Source: Vicugna vicugna (lineage: Eukaryota). Taken from it: a stretch of 64,000 bases of DNA. Below, piece after piece: positions 36,511 to 48,931 of the stretch. The translations under genes and the position numbers were made by a program. Position 1 is the first letter of the stretch, and every line of letters begins with the position of its first letter. Location: NCBI GenBank assembly GCA_013265495.1, contig MU058423.1, positions 757,061 through 821,060 on the forward strand. Direction: 5' to 3'. Below the pieces are notes generated by a model, which saw only the letters and a list, made by a program, of their open reading frames with translations, did no database searches and was not told where the DNA came from.

Positions 36511-36514
36511 AGTA

Positions 36515-36760
36515 GCTAAGAGTTATGGAGCGAGACTCATGGACCAAGCATTAGTTGTTCTAAATGTATTGATTCATTTAATAATCACAGCAGTCCCATG
36601 AATTAGGTACTATTAGTATCTACATTTTATGGATGAGGAAGCTAAGGAATAGCTGGGTGGAACACTTACCCAGGTTCATCAGCTCTGATGAGCCAAGTTC
36701 ATCCAAGGTGACCAAACAAGGACACAGACCCTGAGTCCAGAGCCTGTGCATCCAGTTGCA
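36515..36760 (-). mobile_element. MIR SINE
   Basis: attcatttaataatcacagcagtcccatgaattaggtactattagtatctacattttatggatgaggaagctaagg. Confidence 0.85.
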
Positions 36761-38426
36761 TCTCTGCCTGTGATACCGACACACAGGCATAGGGGCACAT
36801 ACACATACACACACACCCCCACACACATACATACACACACATATTCAGTGCACACTTTTTGGCAGACATGGCTTTTAAGGAACATAAAACATGTGCCTGG
36901 GCCAAGCCTTTGATTCAGATGCCCCTCACCAGGTCAGAGGTGGATGGACTGGGCATGGGGGCTGGGAAGTCGTGGGGGAATTGGTGGGAGTCAGCCTTAC
37001 AATGCCAGGAAAATAGCCCTCCCCCTTGTGCTCCTCGAGTCACTTCCAAACCATCCTCTCTCCCCAGCAGTGGCCCAGTTACAGGGCTGGAAAGCACTGG
37101 TTACTCGGGAAGATAGCTGTGACTATGGCATGCTCTCACGAGGAACATGAGATGATGTCCACCTGGGGGAGGTGGCCCAGGGCACTGCCATGCTCTTCCC
37201 TCAGCTCCCCAGCCTTGCCCGCCTCTCTGGGTGGCAGGAAGGGATGTGAGCAGAAACCGAGGAACTCTCTGCCTACCCTTGTCCTACGCAGCCCCACTGG
37301 CCGGTCCACACCAGCCAGCTTCCAGGACCGGCCAACGCAGCTTCGACCTCAGAACCTGCTCTCCCTCCTCACTCAGCCCTTTGACACTGGTGTTGCCAAC
37401 TCTTCACTGCCACGGGGGCATATTCTGCAGCCTGTTTGGTCCCAGCTAGTTCCACACGTGCCCAGAGGAACGTAGCCCAGGATAAAAATTCATCTTAGTA
37501 GCTGCTTTGAGAAGTGTGTAGTCAAAAGGGTAAATTTGTCTGTAAAAATCATACGTGCAACACAAACATCAGAGCCAAACAGAAAGGGATTGGGGTGAGC
37601 CGCACCTCTTCAGTGACTTCATAACTGAGGACTGAGGCTCCTTAGCCTTGAGTGGTCAGAGCAGCTGCCTTTTGCTATACGGAAGGGAAGTCTAGTAAAA
37701 GTCACTAGAATTCTGTGAGTTTAATCTTGGAAGGCTTCCTGGAGGAGGAGATTTAAAAAATCAGCCTCAAGAAAGCTCATCAGCTTTGAAAGGTGAATCT
37801 TGGCGTCCCTGCCTCCTTTCCCACATGCATGTCACTCTTGACTTGGTCCTGCTTCCTGGCCTACCTTTAGAGGCATGTCCTGAGAGCAGCCTCTCCTGAT
37901 TTCTTAGGAAAAGCTGCTATAATTCTGTGTCTGCTCTTCTGCCAGGGTTCAGAGCTTCCTACCACAGCTCCCTGGGGCTCCCGACAGGAAGCTCATGTGA
38001 AACCTTAGGGCTTCTCCACTCGACTCTGCCCTTACCTTGACCCCCTTTTTGAACTAGCATTTACTGAGTACTTACTACGTGGTTGTACTGTGCTGAGTAG
38101 CTTTTGTGTTTCTTGTGCCTCACACGATGACTGGCACATGGTAGGTGCTCCATGAGTGTTGGCTGATGAATGAAAGCCCTGCAGCCAATGAATGGCTGGG
38201 CATGGACTGGAATCCAGTGCCCAGCGACCCCAGATCGGCACTCTGAACTGCAGTCTGCACCATCACACCACACTGCACTGTGTTCTTTTTAAATCTCTAG
38301 ACCGTGTATTTGCAGACTTTTAGCCTGAAATGCCACTCCTGGTGGGGACCTCCTGCAGAGCCAGGACCCCCTTTTGGGGGATGAGTGGAACCAGTAGCAT
38401 GGAGTTGTTGCAAAACCAGGAGACCA

Positions 38427-38668
38427 ACATGCGATAACGTAGGTGAACTTTGAGGACATTGTGCTAAGTGAAATAAGCCAGTCACGAAAGGACAACTACT
38501 GTATGATTCCATTCCAGTGAAGCTATTGTTAATGGGTACAGTGTTTCAGTTTTGTAAGAAGAAAAGAGTTCTGGAGAATGGATGGTGGTGATGGTTGTAC
38601 AACAATGCGAATGTGCTTAATGCCACAGAATTGTCCACTGAAAAATGGTTAAAATGGTGAAAAAACAA
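38427..38668 (+). mobile_element. L1MB-like 3' UTR fragment with an internal deletion
   Basis: gaactttgaggacattgtgctaagtgaaataagccagtcac...tactgtatgattcca ... aatgggtacagtgtttcagtt...gatggtggtgatggttgtacaacaatg. Confidence 0.9.
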
Positions 38669-38733
38669 CCAAACTCAAGAGATTAGGCCCTGAGTACAAG
38701 TGAAGAGGGTAGAGTAGATCAGGAGTTGGTCCT

Positions 38734-39143
38734 CACGGTAGACAAAATAATGGCCCAATGATGCCCACGTCCTAATCCCCAGAACCTGTGAATATGTTGC
38801 AAAGGGAGTTAAGGCAGCAGATGAGAATTACGGTTGTCAATCAGCTGACCTTAAGAAAGGGAGAGGATCCAGGGTTATCTGGGTGGCTCCACTGGAATCA
38901 CAAGGGTCCTTAAAGGTGGGAGAGGGAGGCAGAAGAAGAGGTTGGAGCGATGCCATAGGAGAAAAATTTGACCTGCCGTTGCTGCCTTTATAGTGAAGGA
39001 AGGGACTGTAAGCCAAGGATTTTAGTCCAGTAAGACCCACTTCAGATCTCTTACCTCCTCAGAACTGTAAGTGGTACAGTTGTGTTGTTTCTGCCACTGA
39101 GTCTGAGCTAATCAGTTAACCACAGCAATAGGAAAGGACTGTA
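38734..39143 (+). mobile_element. MLT1D-like MaLR solo LTR
   Basis: aataatggccc...cacgtcctaatccccagaacctgtgaatatg...aatcagctgaccttaag...aatcacaagggtcctta...cagcaataggaaa; flanked by gtcct/gtccc, a possible 5 bp TSD. Confidence 0.88.
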
Positions 39144-39337
39144 GTCCCTGGTCAGTGGCATTCAGAGCTCAGAGGTCCTGCCACCACGGTGAGCCCGCCG
39201 CTGGAAAATCCGTGTCAGGCCGGCCCATTCACAACATCTGAGGGATGTCCTAGGGGCAGAAGGGAGCCCTCATCCCATCAGGCAGAAGATGGGCCGTCCC
39301 AGCCGCCCCTAACCACGGAGCCCTGAAATTACGCTAA

Positions 39338-39560
39338 TCATAATAGCGAGCACTCACGCAGCCTGGTGCCAAGGGCCTCAGCCCTTGTACTAACTCATAC
39401 ACTCCTCATGATAGTAATGAGAGGTAATTACCGTTTTACCCCATTTTATCAATGAAGGAAACTGAAGTCCAGAGTGGTTAAGTGACTTCTTCAAAGTCAC
39501 ACAGCCCATAAGTCCTATAGCTGGAATTTGAACTGAGCCTCTAAGATCTTTGCTTCAGCT
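39338..39560 (-). mobile_element. MIR SINE
   Basis: ccccattttatcaatgaaggaaactgaagtccagagtggttaagtgacttcttcaaagtcacacagc. Confidence 0.88.
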
Positions 39561-40829
39561 GCTGTGCTATGAAAATAATGAGTTCTCCTCTCTGTGAGAC
39601 CCACTTTTTGGGGAGGAGAATCTGCTTTTAGGAGGAACTCTGGGTTTTTAGGAAGGAGTCCCTCCACCTCCTGCTGGTTTATTTATTTACATTGGAGTGT
39701 GTGACGGCTCTGTGAAACACTCCTGAGGCTCCAGGAGTCAGAGCCAAACAGAAAGTGATTTTCAGAGACATGGCCCTCCTGCCTCATCCCTGCTCCCCGT
39801 CCCCATCCTGCGTGCTTTCTCATCACCTCTTGTAGGTAACCAACCTCTTAAATATCTGTGTTCCTTTCACACAAATGTACCAGATACCCATGTACTTTCT
39901 TCTGCTCCTTTCTTTCTAACGCGAGGAGCAGGACCCTAGGGGTACTCTGTGCTCTGACTTTTAACTTAACAGTATGCTTAGGAGGAAGTTGGAAAGCTCA
40001 GCGACACTGTGCTGGGCTCAGCCTCCGCCATCACAAAGACCGGGCCCAGAGGAGGCCCTGGATAAAGAGCCCACTCCCCTCAGCGCTCACACTTTGGTTA
40101 AAACAAAACGAACCCACAGCATCATGACCTTTCTTGCCCGGGTGGGTGCCCTGCAGTGGCTGCCTTTCCCGACACGTCCAGCATGCCACACCCAGTCTCT
40201 CTGTACCTTTGCCATCGTGAGAAGTGAAGAGAGAGACCCGAATCCCCATGGAGACTGAGGAAGAGAAATGGAGGCTCAGAGGAGTTTTTGCATCATTTAC
40301 TCGATCGCATGATGATTCAGCACAGAGTCAAGCCAGGGCTCCTGTTTCTTTGTTACACTGGGTGCAGTCACTGATGCTTTGTGGAGATGGGTTTACTGGG
40401 CGAGGGTGGAGCCCAGCCCACAGCCGAGGACCAGAGGAGGTAGGCAAGGGCCCCAGGACGAGGTGGGCAGGAGCCCGAAGCCCCTCGCCCAGGTCTGGGG
40501 CTGGCAGGTTTTGAGGCTCTCCTCCTCGGTCACTGAGTCAGTTATCTGTCAACTCACCAAGCAGCAGCGTGTGCCTTTCTGCAGAGAGACCAGAGGGAAC
40601 GCATTCCATCCAAGGATGGAGAAGGCCGTCCCATTAAACGGCAGAGGCCCCCTGTGCCTGATGTGTTCGAGTTCAGCAGTCAGTGGAGGCAAAAAGTGGC
40701 TGAGCCCCTCTTTCAGCCCCAGCATTCGTTGACCTCTAACATGGAGAGCTTTCCTGTTCGTTGTGACCTCAGTTTTCAAGCCTATTTGCTGTGAGTCCAA
40801 AACCCAGGCCCAACACAACTTACTGTTAA

Positions 40830-41220
40830 AAAACCAAAAAAACAAAAAACAGTGAATTGCAACAAATCACCTCTCTTTGTCCTGCATTCCGGCAGCCTTT
40901 CTAAATCTGCCTACCTAATTAGCTTCTTCTCCTAACCCAAAATATGATTAAATCTGTATTAAAAATATCTGTGCAGAGTAGGATCAGACACACCTGAGCA
41001 TTTTCTAAATTTAGCAAAGGACAATAGGCTCTGGGTTACTTTAATTGGGTGCGGGATTGCTGCAGGAATACATTTTAATTTGGATTTCCAGAGCGTTTCT
41101 CTCTGTCTCCTGCCTTGAAATTGCGTAGCAGAGGAAGGGGGAGCATAACAGGGCCCGTTCATAACTGCCCTCCCTCCCGACTTATCTCGGAGCTGAATGA
41201 ACAATGCGCGGCTGGTGGAG
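40830..41220. promoter_or_regulatory. Candidate conserved non-coding element
   Basis: Repeat-free and AT-rich, with CTAATTAG, TGATTAA, TTAATT twice, AACAAT/GACAAT and retained CpGs. Confidence 0.4.
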
Positions 41221-42719
41221 GAGGGGACAAGCGGGAAGGGGGTGTTCCTGTCTGGCTCAGAGCACGGCTTTGACAGGTAGCAAGGCAGAAGCAAGATGGG
41301 CCAGGCTCTGTGGGGAGCAGCAGCATCTTCCTCATAACCCAGCTTTCCCTAGGAGCCCCCACTAGTCCCCCTCACCCCAGCTTTCTGGTGATGGTGGGAG
41401 GAGATGCTTGCTTGGAGCTAAGTAGCCATGCAGTTGGGACAAGTATGGAAAAAACGTGAATGATTTCAACCAGCGGTGCATCTCCAAAGCACTCTGTCAG
41501 TTCCTTTGCTGAAAGATGAAATAGTGTGAATATAGTAATTATAATGATGACCCCTCCTCCCAGGAGATGCCAAGGCAGGCTTCTTACAGTGGGCTTGAAT
41601 GACTTCCCTGATGGTACCTATCACCCGCCATTACTGGGGGAAGAAAGAGACCCGGGAATCCCAGCATCTGGAAACCACTTGGGTGCCATCAGTCGTGCTC
41701 CATGAGAGCTGTTCATTGAGGAGGTGGGGGGTGGAACCCAGAGAGAATTGCAGAGAAGGCCTGCCTCCCCAGGGACCAGAGGTGGGCAAGGTCATGACTG
41801 GCTGGCTGGCATGGTGAGGACGCCTGGCTTCCCCTCAGGGCTCTCCACTCCCTGCTGGAACTCTTACACCAGGTGCTTGCAACTGATTTTCAATTTGCAA
41901 GGCAAAACAAATTTGCATTAATCTGAAAAATCCACAGGAAAGACTGTTTAGATTTTAATGCAGCTGCCGGGAGCCTGTTGGATTCCAAGTTTGCAGGAGG
42001 CTCTGTTAACCCTGATGCCATCATGGGCTTGTTATCTGTCCTCTGAAACAGTTCTGTCTGCAAGCAGAGATCTCCTTCCCTGGTCCCAGACTGTGTGGCC
42101 TTTTCCTGCACACTGGAAGCCAGGGAGGGGAAGGCTGCCACACCCCACATCCCATAGCCCGCCGTGACATTGCTCCCACAGCTTTATAGGAAGTGTTACG
42201 AGGTCAGTAAGGGGCTGCCCTGAGGCCTGGGGCCAGGACACCCAGGGGGGCCTGTGAGCTAGACTCAGCTCCTCTTCTGAGAACTCTACCCCTATGGCAA
42301 GGTCATTCCCGGCTGGCCCCTGTCTGCTGCCCGCTCTGCCTTGGGGCTTCCTACTCTGTGTCTGCACATGGTACTCAGACAGTGAGAACTCCTCTCCACC
42401 TCAACTTACGCAGATGCAATCAAGGTGGTGACTCTGTCCCCATACCAATTATGCAGTACCTTCTCTAGCCATGCAGGAGTGGACCCACAGCCTGGTCCTT
42501 GCAACTTCACTCCTGCTGCTCTCCGCTGAGGCTGAGCATTAGGCACTGACTGTTCTGTGTGTCTGCACAAAGGAGAGAAGGCACTTGGAGAGGGGCTGTC
42601 CTGGAGATCTTTAAGGGCAGGGGGACCGCAGCCAGCTGAGCCTCGCGGGGAGGAGGTGAGCCTCGTTCCGGGGTCCCTTCTCCATCCTGGGCACGATGAC
42701 GCTCTCCCTCTGGAACATC

Positions 42720-42830
42720 CATTCAGTTAACAGATATTTGTTGAGCTCCTATGGTGACAGGCACCATTCTAGTCATGAACAACGTAGAATAAAATTCCTA
42801 CCCTCATGAAGCTTATATTCTATTGGGGGT
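42720..42830 (-). mobile_element. L2 LINE 3' end
   Basis: cattcagttaacagatatttgttgagctcctat...ccctcatgaagcttatattcta. Confidence 0.8.
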
Positions 42831-43699
42831 TGATAACCTAGAGATGCATAGGCAAAAAAAAAAAAAAGAATCCATTAGGTGGTGATGGTAAGTAACTGAG
42901 TCGGCTACACTGGACAACACGGGCTGTCGGTTACACTCCCAGCCCTGCTTTCAGTCCTTCAGTGACTTACAGCCAAAAGAGGGGGGCTTGCCCATTCAGG
43001 GATGGGTTTCTGAGAGGGGAGGATAAAATGATGTGCCCTACCCCGCCTGGAGGTGGGAAAGCCAAGGTCTGGAGGCAAGACTCAGAGTGAGAGGAGAGTC
43101 AGCAGCTTTCCGAGGTGGATGGGAGGGAGGAGGTCCTCTCCTGGCCTTCCCCGCCTCCTCAGCCTGTGGGTTCCCTTGCAGCCCCCGCAGAGGGCTGCCC
43201 CATCTTATTGGTCCTCCATGATTCCCAAGGAGGCGAGAGTCCTGGGAAGTGTTGGTAACTGACTGCAGGAAGTGGGAAGGGTCCTGGGGACAGGCCCAAG
43301 GTCAGAGGTCAGAAAGCTGGAGAGAGAGGTGAGGGGTGTGGTTCAGAACTGGGAATGCTCCCAGCTCTAATGGGAATGCTGTTAGATGATTCTTCCCTGC
43401 CTGTTGATAATTCTAACAATAGGTAAGAATAAGAAGACACTGCCTAGTCTGTGGAGCTCCAGCTCCTAGTTTCCAGAAGGAGAGACCCTGCAGATATCAT
43501 CTCAGAATCTAGCCTGGTCCCTGAAGTGTCCATCCTCTTGGCAGAGCCCAAAACTCTGGAAGAGGAAGTTAGCTTTGGAGCCCCTGTGAATCGTTAGGCT
43601 CAATATACTTGGCCATTTGCTTTGGCTACCTAGCAAAGAAAAACAAGGTCAACCTGGCAGCCAGCACATTGATATTAAGAAAGATTATACTATGTGTTG

Positions 43700-43945
43700 A
43701 CCTAAGAGAGCAGGCTTTGGAATCGGATACACCTAGCCCGGGATCTGTGCGCTGACATCACCAGCTGTGTGACTTGAGCACATCACTTAACCTCTCTGGG
43801 CCTTAGAGTCCTTGGCTGGAAAATGGGGAGATAATGATGGTTTCTAGCCCAGAGAGGTTTTGTGGCAATTAAATAAGCAAACAGATGTCTAGCACTTAGC
43901 GTAATAACCGGCCCATCCTAAGTACTCAGTAAATGCTGTTTGTTG
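43700..43945 (+). mobile_element. MIR SINE (near full length)
   Basis: agagcaggctttggaatcgg...ccagctgtgtgacttgagcacatcacttaacctctctgggcct...aagtactcagtaaatg. Confidence 0.9.
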
Positions 43946-44369
43946 CCTTTGAGGGAAGACAAATGGAGTGAAGGAGATGCATTTTAGAAAAGAAAGGACT
44001 GAGAGGAAGGAGACCAGGCGTCTTCCAAAGGGATCACTTCCTAAAACAGGTCAGCTTTCAAGAATTAGAGCAAACGCTGTTCTGGACCAGGGTGACGATC
44101 CAGCAGTGAAGCGCACATCACTGTCTGTGTCAGCCCCAAGTGATGAGCAGAATCTGGAGATGCTGCCTCTGTTCCCAGGGCAGCTTCCTCCTAGAGCAGC
44201 AGAGGGAAAGCCAAGCATCCAGAGAACTGGGGCTTGGTCCAGGTCTGTCCTGGCCAAGCCACCTCCCTGCTCTGGCCTCCGTTTTCTTTTTGGGAGAATG
44301 AGGGAGTAGACTGGATGGCTTCCCAGGTTCCCCCCAGGGCTCTCCTTGTGCCTTTCCAGGGGACAGGCA

Positions 44370-44580
44370 CCTGTGAGGCAGTGAAAAGGCTCTGGACCCC
44401 ATAAATCTGGTTGTGAACCCAGACCTTCCAGTTCCCAGCTGTATGACCTTGAATATATCACTTGCCGCATCTTTAATAATGGGAAGGTCTTGAAGTTTGA
44501 GTGATACAATGTGTATCAAGTGCTTAACAGTGTCTGGTGTCTGGTATATAATTGCTCAATAAATCATAACTATTACAACT
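44370..44580 (+). mobile_element. MIR SINE
   Basis: cagctgtatgaccttg...aagtgcttaacagtgtctgg...gctcaataaatcataactatta. Confidence 0.75.
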
Positions 44581-44689
44581 CCTCCTGCTACTATGACTTC
44601 TAGTATTGCTCCTAGGTGCCATCGCGGACCAGTGTGACCCACCCTAATGTCCCACCCTCAGCTCAGTTTAGGGCACTTTATGCTATGGA

Positions 44690-44905
44690 GACCACAAACT
44701 GTGGAGATTAATCACACATGAACCATTCGGTATTGAAGTTAAATAACAGTCACTGCAAAGTTACCCTGATACATTCTTAATAGTATGCATAATTGTTTCC
44801 GAGCTGCACAATAATTAGGCATAAATGGTAAGCGAGGCATGTAAATGAAAATAATTAGTATATGTAATAGTTAGACAAAGAAGGCATTTTTGTGATCAGC
44901 TGGGA
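44690..44905. promoter_or_regulatory. Candidate homeodomain/POU-rich enhancer
   Basis: GATTAATC, ATGCATAAT, ATAATTAG twice, ATGTAAAT and ACAAAG within about 200 bp of non-repeat sequence. Confidence 0.5.
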
Positions 44906-45215
44906 GGAAGGAGGAAACTAGGGCTGGGGTAGAATATAGAATAGGGGAAAGGATGCTCGGGCCCCATCCTTTTATCCCAAATGGGAGGGCCAGTTCCTTT
45001 CAGGTCACATGAGGGCCAAACCTCATTAACCACCCTGCCTCAGGTGCCAGTACTAGGCTCTGACAGATCGCTTAGCCAGGTGCTCTTCAAACCCTGGACT
45101 TGTGACAAGAAAAGAAAGAACATAACTCACTGCTCCCGGGAGTCTCTGGCTGCCCAGGTGGGAAGGGACTCCGTTCTCTACTAGGTCAGTGCCTAAAACA
45201 GTGCCTGGCAGAGGA

Positions 45216-45383
45216 GGTGGGGAATAGCTCAGTGGTAGAGCGTGTGCTTAGCATGTACAAGGTCCTGGGTTCCATCCCTAGTACCTCCGTTTAAAACACG
45301 ATAAATAATAAAACAACAGATAAACATGAATAAAATAAATAAAAACAATAAATTAATAATAATAGTACAAAATAAAAATAAAG
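45216..45383 (+). mobile_element. tRNA-Ala(AGC)-derived SINE with A-rich tail (camelid vic-1-like)
   Basis: ggggaatagctcagtggtagagcgtgtgcttagcatgtacaaggtcctgggttccatccctagtacctcc closely resembles tRNA-Ala-AGC; about 90 bp A-rich tail; interrupts an L2 3' terminus. Confidence 0.88.
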
Positions 45384-45914
45384 ACCTCAGTGCATCTGTT
45401 GAATGAATTAATGTGTGCTTAGAAATGCCTTTGGGTAAGATGTTCCTAACTGGGAGGTGATGGGAAGAAGGGGAATTGGGAGTTGGGGGGAGGGGAGAGG
45501 AAGCCAGCGGACAGTGCAGAGAAACGCTGGGAGGCCCTCGAGCCAAGCTGTTGGGAGAACAGGCGCTGAAACTAGAACTTGGGCTTGCGCTTGATTCCCT
45601 GTGCAGCGTTCTGTCCCATGCCTCGATTTTCTGCCCTATAAACTGGAGACGGTTAGGTTGTGATGTGGATTAAACGAGTGAATGTAGTTAATAAATGTAA
45701 AGGGCTCTTTCCAGTGCAGGGTATACCATCAGAGCTAAATAAAGCCATTTATGAGCCCTTTTTATGGCCTTTTCTGTAAACACAGGCGTCTCTCTGAAGC
45801 CTGGTCACTTGCTTCCCTGCAGCTTAGCAGTGGAGAGGTGGGCAGTTCTGACAGGTGAGGCCCTTGAAGACGAGAGAGGACCAGAAGTTGGATGTCTCCC
45901 ATGCATCTTTTCCT

Positions 45915-46130
45915 TCACTGAGCATGCATTTATATTACGAGCACCTCGAGTGCTGGGTTGTATTCCAGGAGCTAGTGGTCCAGCAGGGAACAGGACAGGC
46001 AAGGTTTTCGCTCTCTTGGAGCTTACAGTATAGGGGAAGAGGGTTAATATACGTAAATAAAATACACAGTGTGTCACTTAGTGCTAAGTGCTATGGAGGA
46101 AAATTAAGTGGGGAGGAGGAATAAAAAGGG
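45915..46130 (-). mobile_element. L2 LINE fragment
   Basis: gaacaggacaggcaaggttttcgctctcttggagcttacag...taagtgctatggaggaaaattaa. Confidence 0.75.
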
Positions 46131-46479
46131 TGGGGGTGGGCATTGATGGGGAACCAAATTGGCTGAAAAGAGTGGAAAGGTCACAGCCGACATGCGTGCA
46201 TGTGTGTGTGTGTGCGCACGCGCGCGCTTACTCTGTGGCTTTTCTATGAGAGCGTTTTAAATCCCAGGCCAGCTGGAAACTGCTTTCTCCCCACTGCCCA
46301 GCCTGGGCTTACTGGGGAATGTGTTATACTGTTCCAGGGTCTTACAGACGGAAAACCAGTGCCAAGTGACCTGCCCAGGGTCCTGCAGCTGGTAATCAAT
46401 GATGTACGGGGCAGGTCTCCCCTGTAAAGCCAAGGAAACACGTTTGTGAGATGAGAACTGGTAACCTTTGGGGACTGTT

Positions 46480-46945
46480 TCCCAGTGAAAGGCCCTGTAC
46501 TAAGTACGTGAGTACATTCCGGATAAGGCACCTGTTCTTATCCCTTCTGCAGATGAAGAAAATGAAGCCCAGAGAGGTTAAGTGACCATTCCAAAGGTCA
46601 CAGAGCTAGAACCCTGGTCTGCTTGTATCTGACTTCACCACTAAAACTGCTAGTCAGAAAGCCACTGTGACGTTTCCAACGTTAAATGAGGAATTTGAGT
46701 AACGCAGAGGGTAAAACCAAGCCCAGGCCCTGAATTCATATTCCCAGCGTTTAAATCCTGGCCCATCCACTTACTGGCTGAGTGACCTTAAGCAAGCCTC
46801 CGGGCCTCTCAGTGCCTCATCTGTGCAGGAGGGGCAGTAGCAGTAACCTGTCCTGCTGCTGTGTGAGCATCGAGTGAGTGAAGCCCTGAAAAGCGCTCAG
46901 CCCGGCACAGAGTAAGCACAGTATGTGTCAGCTGTTAGTATCAAG
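46480..46945. mobile_element. Two MIRs in opposite orientation (about 46480-46640 minus, 46710-46945 plus)
   Basis: cagatgaagaaaatgaagcccagagaggttaagtgac and ccacttactggctgagtgaccttaagcaag...cagtgcctcatctgt. Confidence 0.8.
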
Positions 46946-48903
46946 AAATGTAGTCATGACTTCCTGGTGCCCAGCCCCTCCTGCTGGCGGCATAGCCAGC
47001 TGACCTGTTGGAGGCATGTGGGGTGGACCCAGGCAGGGGAGGTGTGGCCTGGCTGTGGGGTTGTCTCTGATGGGGGCCCCCTTACACAGGCAGGACCTGG
47101 GGCTGGGATCTGGCCTCTGGACTGTGGTTGACGCACCCCCTCTGGATTAGGTGGGCTGTCTTACTCTCCCTCTTGACAGATAATCACTCATGCTCCCAGC
47201 TCAAAGTGTGCCACTGTGAAGGGAGAGACGACTTCCTCCCCTAGAGAAACCAAGGAGCGCCGCCAGGGCAGAGACCCGATTTGCAACCGCTGCTGTTCAG
47301 CACGTCTCAGTATCTGGCATGACACGGGCACACATTCTAGGGGTGCCCAATGCCAGTGCAGAGAGAGGAGCACTCACACCGCCTATGCCAGTGGCAAGGG
47401 GCGTGGGCCGCCCTGGAAGTGGGGAATGAGGCTGGCCAGTCCCTCCCTTGCTCTGGCCAGTTCCCCACCAGTCAGCCACCTCCAGAGTCAAGGGGGCGTT
47501 TGATGTGAGGTCTGAAGCATCACCTGAATCTTTCGTGCCAGACCCTGGATATGTTGAGGGGGAGACAAGATCAGTGAAGGTCTTGGTTTCAGGAAACCTG
47601 ACCTGGCTCCATACATCTCTGCGTCAGAAGTGTTCAAGGACCAGGTGTATCTACGCGTCGGGGCTGGCTCCTCTCCCAGTAGGAGACAGCGGTCAGGAAG
47701 GAGGACGCTCTTGTCCCTCCCAGGGTCGTAGCCAGAAGCAATGTGTTTTCCCCTCCAGGGAAATTAAAGAGTCAGGTGCCAGGGAGCCTGTGTCTGGAGG
47801 GAAGACAGGTCAGGCTGTTGTCAAGTGCATCGTGTCCTGAAATAGCCCAGGGCTGTGGCTGTCCCAACTTTTCCTCCTAAACCAAGATGGTCCGAGGACA
47901 TCCTTGCCCTGGCCCTCCAGGCTGGCAGAGTCCTCTCAGGGAGGCAGTTTCTTAGCACAGAAGCCCTTGGCTGCCCTGCTGGGGTGGCTGTGCCACTAGG
48001 CAGCCCCAGAGCTGAGCCTCCAGCTCATGGCTCGGTCCCCTACGCACATGTTAACATCAGCTGGGAAAGAAGAACTCCAGGGCTGAAGTGTGAACTGGAA
48101 ATGCTTTTGGATGATCTGATTGAACCCTGGTCTCCACCTCTCTTAACTGAGTGTTCGATGGGGCCTAACGTTCCCTGGAATCTTCCATGCTCCCTGAGCA
48201 TCGCGTTTATTGCTTTATTATAGGACTTAGCACACGCTGTTGTGATCGTTTGTGTGTCCACAATGTTCTCTTCTTGGCTGTCAGCTCTGCAGAGGGAGGT
48301 GCTCACGTAATTCACCTCTGTGTCCGCAGCCCCGCGCTCACTGGCTGGCACTCGGGGCTGGGTGACTGTTTATGGTACGGGTTTGAGAGCAGGGAGGGAG
48401 CGAGGAAGGGAAGGGCGATCCACAGCCCTCCAGGGTCGGGGAGCCGCCTCCTGCAACTGCTCACCTGCGAAGGGAAGCCTGGTTAGGGCTGTGCTGGTGG
48501 TCCTTGCCTATGGGCATGCCCATTGCCTGAGGGACAGCTCATGAATCCCTCCATGGTTTGAAATCTCAGGCCCTGGGCGTCTGCCTGGCAGCCTCACACC
48601 CTCTGTCCAGCTGCCTCTGGCCAGTGGTGCTCACAGCAGTGCTTCTCCCCATCACTGCCTTCAGGAGGAGGAGCAGAGGAAGGAGGGGGCATGTTCCCAC
48701 CTGTGCAGTGAGCCCTGCATCTCCACTGAGGAGCTTGGAGCTTCTGAGGAGGTAATAAGGCCCCCACCGTTTTTTTCATTGACACAGAAACATGTGCCTC
48801 CTCCTTCACTGGAGGTACAGAAATACATTTCCAAGATGTTGACCCAGGTGTTATAACACCAGAGATTAGAACCCTGGAGATGAAAGTGGAAAGGTCTCTT
48901 TCT

Positions 48904-48931
48904 CACACACACACACAGACACACACACACA
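48904..48931. repeat. Imperfect (CA)n microsatellite
   Basis: cacacacacacacagacacacacacac. Confidence 0.9.

Noticed and set aside
45218..45289. Functional tRNA-Ala(AGC) gene
   Set aside because: Acceptor stem mismatches, altered T-loop/B box, no oligo-T terminator, an A-rich tail and insertion into an L2 all indicate a SINE.
46480..46945. Inverted MIR pair as a dsRNA source
   Set aside because: The copies are highly diverged, and such pairs are commonplace in MIR-rich DNA.
47160..47503. Strong acceptor (ctctccctcttgacag) followed by an open frame
   Set aside because: No convincing downstream donor and no recognisable peptide.
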